From Amoebophrya sp. A120 (taxonomy: Eukaryota > Protista > Dinoflagellata): DNA of 64,000 bases. The notes below the pieces were generated by a model. It saw only the letters and a list, made by a program, of their open reading frames with translations, had not been told where the DNA came from and made no database searches. Positions 1 to 11,939 of this stretch are shown piece after piece. Position numbers and translations under genes: made by a program. Location of the stretch: contig CAJINV010000003.1 of assembly GCA_905178155.1 (NCBI GenBank), positions 3,148,260 through 3,212,259 of the forward strand, in the 5' to 3' direction. Position 1 is the first letter of the stretch. Each line of letters opens with the position of its first letter.

Positions 1-95
1 CGGGACCCGGAGGTCGGAGGTTTCGGGGACCCCGGGACCCGGAGGTCGGAGGTTTCGGGGACCCCGGGACCCGGAGGTCGGAGGTTTCGGGGACC
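1..95. repeat. 32-bp GC-rich tandem repeat (CGGGACCCGGAGGTCGGAGGTTTCGGGGACCC), ~3 copies, cut by the window edge and decaying to ~180
   Basis: Unit starts at 1, 33 and 65; degenerate GGAGGTTT motifs continue to ~185. Confidence 0.9.
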
Positions 96-612
96 GCGGG
101 GAAAGGTCGCAGAGGTTTTGGTCGGGAGGTTTCGGGAGTTGGGGTTGGGGGTCGCGGGAGTTGTTGGTGGAGGTTTCTGGAGGTGTGCGTTAAAATTTTT
201 TGTTCTATACTTATCATTATGACGTTTGTCATCATGTATTGATCTGCTACCCTACGCGACCTGATGAGAAGCCTACCCGTGTAACCTTAAGCCCAACTCC
301 TAGATCTGCCTCGCGACATAAGAAAGCTTTACACGATTGCTTTTAACGAGCTACAACCACGATGATGCTAATATTCTCTAGGATACAAGGAAAAGGACCT
401 CGTCGTTTGACTGATTTTATTACTTGTGACGGTTTTCTTGAGAAGCAGAAGCATCACGATCGCGACCCAGCGCACATAACTTATTACCTTTTCTTCATAT
501 CGTTTAACCATGTACTACAAACCGGTAAAATTACTTCGCAAGAAAAATCTACCGCCCAAAACGACCCCACCACCTATCCCCGCAGACATACCCGCGCCTC
601 CTAGAGCTTCAA

Positions 613-3600
613 ATGGATCGCAAGCGCAAGCCGTTTATTGGCTTTTTTGGGTGTAACTGCGGAGAGGACCACGACGGGGACCCTTTGGAGTGCCCCGAAA
701 TTGACTTCGGCGGCGAGTTTCGCTTTGACGCGGGGGGAGAGAAGTTCTGCTCCGCCGCGATTCCCGGCGGAGCCGACGAGTTTGGCTTTTCCGCCGATCC
801 CGTGTTTCAGAATTTGGGCGCGGCGCGCCGGCGCCGCGAGCAAGAGTTTTTGGACAGGAAACAGCAGGAGGACGAAGCTGCGGTGGTGGCCGGACAGGCG
901 GAAGTAGAGAAGAAGCAGCGGTCAACATCGGAGCAATCAAATTATAAATCTGCGCAGGACCACGGGAGCACATCTGCTCCAGTCGTGGCAGTTGAAAAAA
1001 ATACTTCTAAGTCGGTAGCATCAAAAACAGTTCCTCCTGTCTCATTATCCGCTCTAGCGGGTGTACAACCTGCAGTCGATTCGGCTTCCAGCAATCCATT
1101 GTCGAAAATAAAGATGAGTGAGTCGGAAAATAATCATAGTTCCGCAACGGGGCCGGACACGGTCGCGCGTGACCATTTGAAGGCCACTGTGCTGCAAGAA
1201 GGTTCCACGCGAGCCGCCCAGCCCTCCAGTCCGGATTCCCCCGCAAGCACCTCGTCACTGCCCCCAAGCAACGGCGCGGAGCAGTGGCCGGAGGGGGCGG
1301 AGCTTTCCGCCTGGGCTGCCGACCTGCTTTCGGAGGAGGAGGCGGGGACTACTCCGCGGCCGGTGGTCAACATGTCCACCGCAGCAGGCACAAGCTCCGC
1401 CTCGTCTCCGCTGTTGAACAAGAAGCAAGGCGCCCTGTCGTCGTCGGCTGTCGCTGAGCTTTCGAATAAAGTCGCGTTAGTAAGGAGCACGACTCCCACG
1501 AGGACAAAAACATCTTCGCCGTCACGAGGACCTCCAGGGAGCAATAATAAGCCGCTTGCTGTGGCCACAACACCCCGACAGCAGGAGTATCAATCGTTGT
1601 CCGCGTCTTCTCCCACCTTCGGAACAAGTCGGGAAAACAGCGGAACTAACAGCTCGCCCTCAAAATCCAGCTCCGCGTCGGCTGCCTCGACCACCGGCGG
1701 CACGGCGACCACACAGCAAGTCGCGCAACGATCCTCCAGTATCAGTGGGAAGGTGTTTGTGCGCCGCAACAACTACTTCCACCAGGAGAACAACGTCTTC
1801 GTCAGTGAGTACCTGGAAAACTGCCGCGCCTACCAGATCAACATCGACCCGGGCGTCGTGTCATGCCTGCAGACCGACGGACAGGATTTGTACATCCACT
1901 GCGAGGGCCTGCTCGCGGTGGCCAGTATCTTGTGCAACCCGAAGAACCCGCCCGTGACGCGGCTCCACGTCATGGCGCGGTACGAAACGCGCGCGAACCA
2001 GTACGTGTGTCTGATTCTGGAGCAAATTTTGCACGCCAACCGGACGCTGGAAGTGCTCGACTTCGCGGACATAGGGATCAACTCGGACGGCATGGGCTAC
2101 CTGACCAACGGGTTGACCTACCACCCGTCCGTTCGCCAGTTGCTCTTCTCCCGCAACGACCTGGGCCCCAAGGGGGCGAAGTGGGTCATCAAGGTGTGCG
2201 CGACAATACCGCACCTGGAAAAGGTGGACGTGCGGTTTTGCGAGATCGGGGCGACCTATAGCTATGTGTTGGGAAAGCTGAGCCAGAAACACCCCAAGCA
2301 CCCAGAAATGCTCACCGAAGGCAACATCGACATAGAGGAGCTGTGGGGCGCTATCACACACGGGTATATTATAGTTCGTGGACGTGTTTTCTTGGCGTCC
2401 GCATCGGGAAATAAGAAAACATCGTGCACCATATTAAGCCTGTTTTTTTTTGTTGGGGGTATCTTGTCCTTGCGTCTATTCGAATACGAATTCCACCAAA
2501 AAGAGCGTGAAAATAAATTGAAATTAACCAAAACGCAGCCTGGGTCTTCTGTGGTCGATCGTGGCGGGGATCTACATGACGACCGCGGTCCGGAACAATC
2601 CGGGGCACCACGTGATGGCGTGCTTGATTTACTCGGTGTGTCACGTGCTGCTGTTCCTGTTTTCCACCCTGTACCACTCCCTGTTCATGCAGCCCCGCAC
2701 CGCCCAGGTGTTTCAGATCCTGGACCACTGTGGTATTTTCCTGTTTATCGCGGCCAGCTACACCCCGATCGTGGAGATGTCGGACCTGAGCAAGTCGGCC
2801 GCCGTCACCATGCTCGTGTCGCAGTGGTGCCTCGCCCTGTTCGGCTCCGTCGCCTTCATCGTCGCCTTCTATTTTGAGGGCTTCAAGGCGTACTACGGGC
2901 TGATCGAGCCCTATCACAGGAAAAAACTGTTACAGTTACACATTTGTTGGAATTTCTGCATCACAAAGTTGCTCGACATGGCAAAGAAAACCTGTGATGC
3001 GCAGACTATAAGGGAAAACACGCAGGAAATGAGGCTGGTAAGCATTTTCTCCATGACAGAGATTGTCTGTCTTGCTTGTCTTCCATCAGAGTGTGTAAGT
3101 GTAACACTTTTTTCTCACGATACGCCCTTCATTTGTCTCGCCATGGGCTGGATGATCATGTGGCGTTACGAGGACGTGGTCATGCCGATGCCCGACGACG
3201 TGGCGACACTGTTGGTCGTTGGCGGGGTCCTTTACACCGTCGGGGTGGTTTTCCTCTTGACGGACAAATACTACCCGATTTTCCACGTCTTCTGGCACCT
3301 CTTCGTACTGGCGGCCTCGGTATAAAAATACTGAGTTTAGAATTAGAAAAGCTTTTGATTTTTTCCACACCCTGATGTTTGTTTGAAATTCAAACACACA
3401 CGCTTTGAATGTAGGTGTATGTGGTTTGTTTTTGTTTACTCTTCGATGATTTTTGTGTGAAATTAAATTGAAAATCAGATATGCCACTGGTTTTCAATCC
3501 TCTCTTACGCGGAGTACGGAAGAAAGAAGTGGGAGGCCGAGCATCCCCCGGACGCATTTGGGGATCTAGAGTCCAGCATGCTGATCAAGTTCTACTCCGA

Positions 3601-3880
3601 ACATTTCGACAAGCTGAAGGAATCCATAACGTTCCTCGTCGGCAGCGCGGCGGCCGGGCGGTCTTTGATCCATACCGCGAGCCATGTGCTGCACCTGGAC
3701 AAAACGGAAACGCCGCAAGCTAAACTGCCTGGGATCGAGCAGAACGACAGAATATCAGACCTAGAATCGGAAGACGAAGGGCCGGGAGCGAGCAAGGTCG
3801 GGTCTCCAACTTCCTCCGATGACGAGGAGATAGATCATCGCTCCAAGAAGCCGCCTGCACAAGAAGACGATGAAATTTAG
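613..3880 (+). CDS. Low-complexity N-terminus + RI-like leucine-rich repeats + hemolysin-III/PAQR 7TM domain
   Basis: Exons 613-2363, 2539-2911, 3128-3319, 3479-3880. LRR-like segments LEVLDFADIGI, VRQLLFSRNDLG, LEKVDVRFCEIG. HlyIII motifs EELWGAITHGLG, STLYHS, LDHCGIFLFIAASYTP, LAMGW, GGVLYTVGVVF, HVFWHLFVLAASICH. GT-AG introns 2364-2538 and 3320-3478, plus an introner at 2912. Confidence 0.85.
2912..3122 (+). mobile_element. Introner (family E), imperfect ~30-bp TIR, direct repeat AGCCC/CGCCC
   Basis: TATCACAGGAAAAAACTGTTACAGTTACAC...GTGTAAGTGTAACACTTTTTTCTCACGATA. Removing the element plus 5 nt (216 nt) gives LIEP|FICLAMGW. Confidence 0.8.
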
Positions 3881-4700
3881 AATGGTTTGCTTACGATGTC
3901 GGTAGGTACTTGCGCATTGCGATTTCGCGTCCGCATGTTCGAGGGGTCGAACAGTGAAGAACAGATAGAGCTTAGATTCTGAGTTAGCCATGCACGCGCG
4001 CATCACTCAGTGACAATACTCTCGCAACTAGTCGGGTAGTGGGAATGCCGGCCCACCGTACCGCATTCCACAAGATGTTTTGTTCGCATGGTGTTTGGCT
4101 CTGCAGCTGATCCCGTTGTCAGAAGTGCCGCTCAAGCTGCAACAGCATCGCAGCATCAAGTACGAGCGATGCATTCGAGCTCGTGGTTATTCATTGACGC
4201 CACTCATTCTATTTAGTGAGGTCACGAACGTTCTAATGTGATGGTTTTTTTTTTCACGTGGACAGCAGAACGGCTGGCAATTTTGAAGTGGCCGGAAGTG
4301 TTTTTTGAAATTAAGGGGCCGAAATTTCGGCTTCGCCATCAACAAGCTCGACTCAATTATAACAATTACCGCTCTTGAGTTTGTTTCTCAAAGAAATTTT
4401 ACTTCTCCAGCAGGAACTGATCCACAGATCCCATGTTTCGCTAAAGGTTCGTCCCGAAATCCAGAACGCATGATACGTACATAGTTAAGGCAGCGCCTTG
4501 GAAATAGAAGAAGTAGAATTTCTGTGCCGGTAACCTAGTGGCTTGAAAGACATCACTTTCTAGACGGTAAAGGTTTTACGTGACCACTTTGTACCCCGCT
4601 CGCAAGGTTTGCAAACCTCTAGTTTCAATCATGAGTACAATTTTGTGAAGTTTCTTTTTTCTGTCTTGCTCGCAGACGAGGAGGCCCCCACCCCAAAAAA

Positions 4701-6033
4701 ATGGAGCCCGTGTTGACTGAGTCCGGCTCGCTCTCGAGGGGCAGTAACCCCTTGCTTTTTCTTGCGCAGACGCCAGGGTCGACCACCTCGGGAGCGGCAG
4801 AAGCTCAGAAGGTATTTGGGCAAATTAACGTCGCGTGCGCTCTCCTGTCTGCCTGCGTGGTTTTCTTGTACCGAATTGGTGTGAGAGTCGCTCCCAAAAG
4901 CCGGATGTCCCTACTGCTCTGCACCAAATGCGCCATCGGATGGGCGATCGGGGACCTCTTCCTGCACGGAGTCGGGATCCAAACAGAATGGCTGATCACC
5001 ATCGGAAACTTGCTGTTCTTTTTCCTCGCCGGGGGGCCCGACTGCGTGGTGATAACCCTGTCCTACGCGTGGCTGTGTGGCAGCGTGGGCTTCCTCGCAA
5101 TAACGAGCGACAAGAGCTATTTGTACTGCAACCCCGAGAAGCATCCGGGCTGGGAAATACACACCGCCGTTACCGTGCTGGGAATCCTTCTAACGCTGGT
5201 TTGCATCAGCATCAGGCCCGTCTTCGTGAATTGGGAGGTGGTCACGCTGCCGCCGCTTGCGGCAACCACCTTGCTTGCGTGCGTCACGCAGGCTCCGGTC
5301 TTCCTGTTTGCAGGTACTAAAAAGTGTGAGTTTTATGTATGAGGTCATGGTCAGGTAGACGTAGAGGTGAATTAATGTCGATAGAGCATGTTTGTTTCTT
5401 GCAGAAAAACAAAAATTCGTTCTGGGAATTTAACCATGCAAAACTCAAGGAGATCCCATACCCGGAGCCTTCGACGTGTCGTTTCCGGCGTCGATTCCAA
5501 TCGTGTGGGCTAGCGTTTATGCCTGCGGAGTCCTTTTGCAGATCCTCTCCCAGACAGCGAGTTCCACCCGAAAGATTGATCTCAGCGACCCATCAGGTAC
5601 ATAAAAATTTTCGCTGGCAATTACTTGTAGATGCAGATGGATGCTCTTGTCCTTTTTTATGGTTGTGTGAAAATTTTTATCGTGTTTGTTTCGGTCCTAC
5701 GTAGTACCATGCTGCATGCTCAAATATAATTTCACAGCGGGGCAGAACGACCTAATGCGACGACTGCTGGCAGATTCAGAAGTGACGCGGACGGACTTGT
5801 TTGAAAGCCGGTTTCCGATTGTGCAGGGAATGGGTGCCGGGAACCAGCCTGGAGACCCTTTCCGTGCCCACATCAATCAGCCTCCCGTGCCGAGCGGGTC
5901 GGGGGGCATTTTAGAGCGAGCGCAGCGAGAAAACAATGGTGTGCTGACAGAGAACGAGGAGAAAATTCTTGCGATTTGTAAAGAGGACGAGGAGCAGCGC
6001 AATCGGATACTTTTCGGCGGCGGACTCTGGTGA
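4701..6033 (+). CDS. Multi-pass membrane protein, hypothetical (possibly TM7S3/TMEM198-like)
   Basis: Exons 4701-5313, 5450-5596, 5738-6033 join in frame via GT-AG introns; 6-7 hydrophobic helices. Start uncertain (an AG acceptor lies at ~4675). Confidence 0.6.
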
Positions 6034-6997
6034 GGCTTGATCGATATTTTATTTGTATTCGCGGCATGATGTTTCTTTATTCACCTAAAAGCCCACTGCG
6101 ACAACAGCGACTGATATTTCACATATTCATAGAGGAAAAGCGACAGATTATTCCTGAGAAAACATAGGAGCCGCGCTGACAGCACCATCGGCGTCACACA
6201 CTTGGTCTTGCTTTTGTGCAGCGTCACAGCAAACCCAAACATTTTGTTTAATCGCGACTTGAAATGATGTCATAAGAAATTCGTTGTAAAACCTTTTTCA
6301 ACAAAACGATAACAAAGAACCAAGAAAATGCCCCCTACTATCGGTTTCCGATGAAGTCATTCATCTTCGTTTATTTTCGATGTGGTGGATGTCTGTACTG
6401 CAAAATGGTTTGTGTCGGTTGCGTCTTCGAGAAGCACCAAACTCACTGAGTATCGGTTTCTGCTGCGACGCCAGCTTTTTTATCGCGTGCCGAAGGTTTT
6501 TGTCGTCGTATGCGACGACGACGCCAGCAATGAATCCATAGCTGCGACTGCGTATGAACGTTTCTATGTGCCGAGAACTGGTCTGAAGAGTTTTCTATCG
6601 TGATCTGCAGCGGCCCCACCTCACCCCTTTCTCCCCATTATTCTCGCATTTGTGGCGTGATTCTGTTTCTGCCCCATCGCTCATTATTCTATTACCACCC
6701 GCGCATATTAGCCATACTTTTTCTTTAGTGATTCCCTTTTTTGCGTCTCCTTTTCGTTCCCCTGGATCCGATCTGCGTGCAAGAATTCGAATCAGTATGT
6801 GTAAACTAAATTTTCATCCTCTCTGACATGATTGTGGATGCGCTTTCGTTTGTGTAAGACCATTTATTATCTGGAGGTCCTCATGATGTTGGTGAAAAGC
6901 CGTTCATTTGTGAAAGCGAAGATAGGTAGTTACCGAGTTCGGTTGAAAAGTAAATTTTGGTTTCCTCCTGAATAAGTAGAAGCATAGATACTCTACG

Positions 6998-9900
6998 ATG
7001 GGTTCTACAGCTGTGATGCGGCCTGGAGAGCAGGTCGTTCCGCAGCCGGCGGTCGGGATCTTGAGCTCGATCAAGCAGAGCGCTCGGGAGTCCTATCGCC
7101 CGTCGGCACCGAGTTCGCGAGACACTTCTTCAAAGGACCGCGACGCAAGCGAAGCCCGGTTCACGGAGCGAGGCGCAGGAGCCGGCACATCCCTGTACGC
7201 GGTCACCGAAGTAGAGCCAAGGACCAGCGCAGTAGTAAGCAGGGTTCGCACCGTGGATAGTGCGGAGAGCGAGCACGGTAGTACCCCAACGAAGAGCCCA
7301 ATCATGCCAAATCAGGAATCAGCAATGAGTCTCCTACCCGGGTCGCCCGTGAAGAAAGTAGACTCGTCCACGTCCCTCCGTATCTACGGCGGGGAAAACT
7401 CCCTGGCCGCGTTGCTGAAGAAGCAAGTGCTGACCAGCCTCGTGGCCTCGGTTTGCGCGGAGCTGGCGACCTATCCCCTCGAGACGGTGAAATTGATGCA
7501 GCAAGTCCGTGGCGGTTCTGCCATGCGGATCATCACGGGGCTTCTGAAGAGCGGGGGGCTGCGCGCGCTGTACCACGGAACGCAGGCCCGGTTGCTGCAA
7601 ACGGTGCTGTCCAACGTGGGTTTCTTCCTGTGGCAGGCGATCTTGCAAGAGGACGATGCGACCTGGGTCAGGAAGCTTTTGCTCAATATGGGGGCGCAAC
7701 AGATCACCCGTGTGTTTACCATGCCCCTGGAAGTGGTTGCGAACATAAATCAGTCGGACCCGAAGTCCGGGGGCGCGTTGCGCGTCATTAACCGGGTCTA
7801 TCGCGAAGACGGCATTTGCGGCTTCTGGAAGGGGCTTGGCATCTCATTAGTGCTCAGCTTAAATCCGGCGTTGATGTTCACGTTGGTTGACAAGCTGACC
7901 GCACTTTTGAAGAAGTTCGCCAACGCAGAGTCGGTGTCGGCGGGGCAGATGTTTCAGGTATTGTTTTGATTATTCGGGTGCTAGCTTAGACTGCTTGCCT
8001 CGGCACTTTCAGACAGATTTAGTGCTCCGAACGACAGCATTGATGATTTCTACTTCTGCGTAATAGATACAACCAACTTACTTTTGCCGGAAAAAACAGA
8101 TCTCGGCTGTTGCGAAAATGATCGCCACGCTTCTCACCTACCCCCTGATTCGGATGAAGACGGTGATGCAAACGAGCAAGAGTTCCGGCGACAGCGCGCC
8201 GATGATGTTTCTGAAGATGTACCAACAGGAGGGCCTCCGCGGCATGTACCAGGGTGTGTGGGTGTTGTCCTACAAAACCGTGCTCTTCAACGCGTTACTG
8301 ATGGCGGTAAAAGAGCGCGTTTCCAAAGCGTATAACGAATATCTGAGAAAGCCGTTGCCGATGGGCATTATCCAGTCCGCGGATAGTACACTGCCCATGA
8401 AGCCGGCGGAACTGCCGTTCAACGTCGCGTCGCCCGACGCGAACCCGCAGGACGAAGGACAAGGCTCACAGGTTCCTTTGATAGAATCGATGCTCATAAT
8501 TTTTGTGGTCACCTGCTGACGTGTAGAAGGAGTCGTCTGCGACGTTTCACGTTGTCTAAGTAATGAGATACACATAGATCTGATCAAACTCAAAGCTGTA
8601 TGTACTAAATCCAAATTCAACACCGCAGGTTGAGGCTCTCCTCGCCGAGTATCCTTGGGAAGCGCGAGCCCATGGGAAGTCCGTTATCTACGTCGCGGGC
8701 GCTTGGGCGTTTCTTCACCCGAGTCATCAACATTTGCTGAATGAAGCCAAATCCCGCGGGCACCACATCTGCGTCGGCGTCCACGACGGGCGAACGCGCA
8801 TCAACAATCACGCCAAAGCGCCGGAGGAGAAGTTTGAAACGCGGCTGGAGAGGATACGACAAGTTAAGGGGGTGCACTCTCTGGTGAAGCGAGCGCCGTG
8901 GGAGATCGACGAAGACTTCATCAACAGACTCGGAATTACAAAGGTATAGTGCGATAAAGAGATTTATTTCTTGCAACGCTGCTACGAGGAAGATAGATTG
9001 ATTGGACAGCACCTTCGTGCAGTAATACGACCATAGTTTTGATTCACGCTGTAGAATTTATCTCTTCTTCTGGAATTTTTAGCTCTTCAAGAGAAACCTC
9101 CCAACTGTATCACTCAGGTCCTTGCGGGTCGTCGCTGTTCTTCCGACCGGCGCGATCCGTATTTTATCGCGGAACAAATGGGAATCTTCGAGTTCGTGGA
9201 GGACCCGTACGCGGGCATGTGGCGGCGCATGATCAAGGTGATGTTCTCCAACATTGATAGCAGCAACATCGGCGAGGTGCCGCTGATCTCCTCCCCGACA
9301 AACAAGCACGCCGCACCGAAAAAGGAAATGCCCCTGTTCCGCCGGGACAGTCGCGGGGACCTCCGAGTCTCGGGGGCGCACAAGGGCACCCTGCGACAGA
9401 CCGGGTCTTGGTACTTTCTGTACCAGTTGGGCGAGGACGACCGCCCCGACCCGAGCACCCGGCGGGCCCGCCACCTGCGGCAGACGGAGCAGCGCCGGGA
9501 TCGCAACTGGAGCAAGGACTGCTCCCCGGACCACCGCCGGTCGCGGGACATGCGGCTGCAGATCGAAACCGCGGACGGGCAGGACGCGAACTCGCTATTA
9601 GACGACAGTAACGAGGGTGGTTCCCGGTCCGGCTCCGCGGGCAGCAAGGGACCAGCCGCGTCGCAGGAGCAGGATGACGGCGAGAAGGACCTGACCCAGG
9701 AACTGGTGTTGCAACTGAGCAATCAGTTTGTCGAGGGCGAGAAAGAGGAGGACTTCTTGCAAGGTGAACTGCACGGCGGCAATATCCTGTGTAAAAACGT
9801 CCCCACCCCAGAGTTGTCATGCAAATCTGCATGCTCGAAATGTTTGTCATGCGGAGCCCTATGAGAAGCATTTTCCAGCCGTGTTTTGGAATTTATAATG

Positions 9901-10679
9901 CGCCAATCAGCATGATATACTAGATCTGCGATGCTGCTGAACTACCTCAAACAGCACGACACTGCGAGTCCAAATTTGTCATGCAAAACAGCCAAAACTT
10001 GTGGACTTGTCTAGCCGATTCCCCGTCTTGACTATGGGGTGGGGACGTTTTTACATAGGATACGCAACCGACCGCGCGGGTTGTCGAACACCATATCCAT
10101 GCCCAACTGCGCCATATCCCCGAGCTCGCGCGTATGGATGTGTCAGAATCGAAAATGACAAAGTCGAAAAATTTGTGATGCACAAAATCGATGTCAGTTG
10201 GAGCCTCAGTTTCCAAGAGGCGCATGACAAATTTGGGTAGAGCCGAAATCCAGCCTGTCATGCTGTTTGGGCAAAGAAGACTCCTCCTGTCATGCTACTC
10301 TGGCAGCGCATTGCATACCCCTAAACAAGATTACAATCGGCCTCATTTGCCTGCTCCCCAATACAGGCCGGCAGTGCCCTCTATTTTATGCATCACAAAT
10401 TTTTCGATTTTGTCGATTTCGATCCTGACACATCCATAGCGCGACGTTTTGCGGTCCCGGGAAGACCAACTGCGGAGGAGCAGCCAGACTTCGACCTCAC
10501 CTGCCGAGCAGAGCAACGGCGCAATATTAAAGGCCTCGCAAATGAGTCCGAACTCTGGTACGCCGAACAAAGGTAGCAGTCCGGGCAGGAGTGCGGGTGG
10601 AAATAAACATGCGGGAACAAATAGTGGCGGAGGTGGTGGACCCCCGGAAGCCTTGCAGGCAAAGCAATCTTCCTACTAG
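6998..10679 (+). CDS. SLC25 mitochondrial/peroxisomal carrier fused to a cytidylyltransferase-like (PCYT2-type) domain and a low-complexity tail
   Basis: Exons 6998-7957, 8100-8471, 8629-8943, 9118-9782, 10068-10132, 10444-10679. Carrier motifs TYPLETVK, TMPLEVV, GFWKGLGISLVLSLNPALMF, TYPLIRMKT, EGLRGMYQG. CT-like motifs VIYVAGAWAFLHPSHQHLLNEAKSRG..ICVGVHD, APWEI, DPYFIAEQMGIF. Confidence 0.8.
9783..10062 (+). mobile_element. Introner (family A), 28-bp TIR, direct repeat GGCAA/CGCAA
   Basis: TATCCTGTGTAAAAACGTCCCCACCCCA...TGGGGTGGGGACGTTTTTACATAGGATA. Removing 285 nt restores GGN|RPRGLSNTISMPN. Homologous to 23845-24123. Confidence 0.92.
10133..10438 (+). mobile_element. Introner (family D), ~56-bp TIR, 5-bp TSD GCGCG
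   Basis: TATGGATGTGTCAGAATCGAAAATGACAAAGTCGAAAAATTTGTGATGCA... is mirrored at 10383-10438. Removal gives SSR|DVLRSREDQ. Confidence 0.92.
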
Positions 10680-11939
10680 GAGTTCTGCAAGTTGACGACA
10701 GTGCTACGACCATCCCGGGTGATGATCGCTGGGTTTGTTTCGTTTTGCCCCTGTTGTTGCGAACGATGAAATCATCGCTGTGCTATTCAGCTGGATGTTG
10801 GTGATCTCATAGTACTTGTCGTAGCCCGGACGCGGAAACCGGTTCTGTGGCTTGGTCATCTGCTGCGGACTACTACAGTGTGTGCAACGAGAGGAGCTGC
10901 GCAAGAACCGGTTGCTTACAAAGCGGGAAGATGACAAATGAACTTCATCATGTTCTACTACCAAATCGATCGGGTAGTTTTGAGCGATGCTTTTATTTTC
11001 CGAAGCTGGTACTAGTTCGAGTCATCTCAACAGCTGCGAGGCTTCTATATGTAAAAACATTCTGATAAGAAGGAAACATAGAGAATATCGAAATATGAGT
11101 CACGACATGAACATATTGCTCGCTCAAAAATTCGCATATCTTCCCCTGTAGAAGTTGTCGGAAAATAAACTACGCACTTTTTATGGGCGGAATAGATCTT
11201 TGTCTTTTTGGCTCCCTCGATTAACATTCCTCATCCACCGTCGCTTGCGCACCTGGCTACCCTCTGAACGATCATCCCACCGCCCTGTCGAGTGGTTCAC
11301 CTCCACAGCCCTTGCACAATTGCTCATAGATTCCTGCTTCGGACGCCAGATTTTGCGGGTAATATTGGTTCTCCTACCCAAAAAAGGAATAATGTTTTGT
11401 ATACCTGTGACACTGTACTTGATATTATACAAGAATCTCCCACGCGCACGACACAGTGCACGTATCCGCCGGTCGACTGCTCGGCGTTCACATGCAGAAC
11501 TGTGCCGTTTTCTCTCGCGGTTTTGCTTCGTTTTTGTACGTCGGTCCAGCACTGGAGAGCGCGACACACATGTACTACAGATCTGATGCAAATTTTGATC
11601 TTTGTGGTTCATGCTTTTAGATCTCGAAAGCCTTGAATTAGCGGTCTCGGCTCCGACGCAAGTTCCTTTGGTCTTTTGCGTATTGCGTACAATCCATTTG
11701 GTTCCGCATCAGTACAACTTTTTGCGTTTTTCCTTTCATCAACGAACTGCCTCGCGCAGACTTCCTCGTCTTGCGGACGTCGTGCAGCCTTGTACAACTG
11801 CTCGTGTAGACACGTTTCCTCGTGGAACTACTCGAAAGTTGGTCTGTAGTTGTGGTGCCGGAGGAGTAGAGCAGCTGAACGGATTATAGACTTTTTCGGA
11901 TTTTGGAACAGCTAACTAGCTAATTGTACGCATGTAACC

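Noticed and set aside
9783-10062. Reading the terminal TA dinucleotides as a Tc1/mariner TA target duplication
   Set aside because: Leaving one TA shifts the frame away from the plausible downstream exons; the TA belongs to the TIR, and the true duplication is the 5 bp outside it, consistently across elements.
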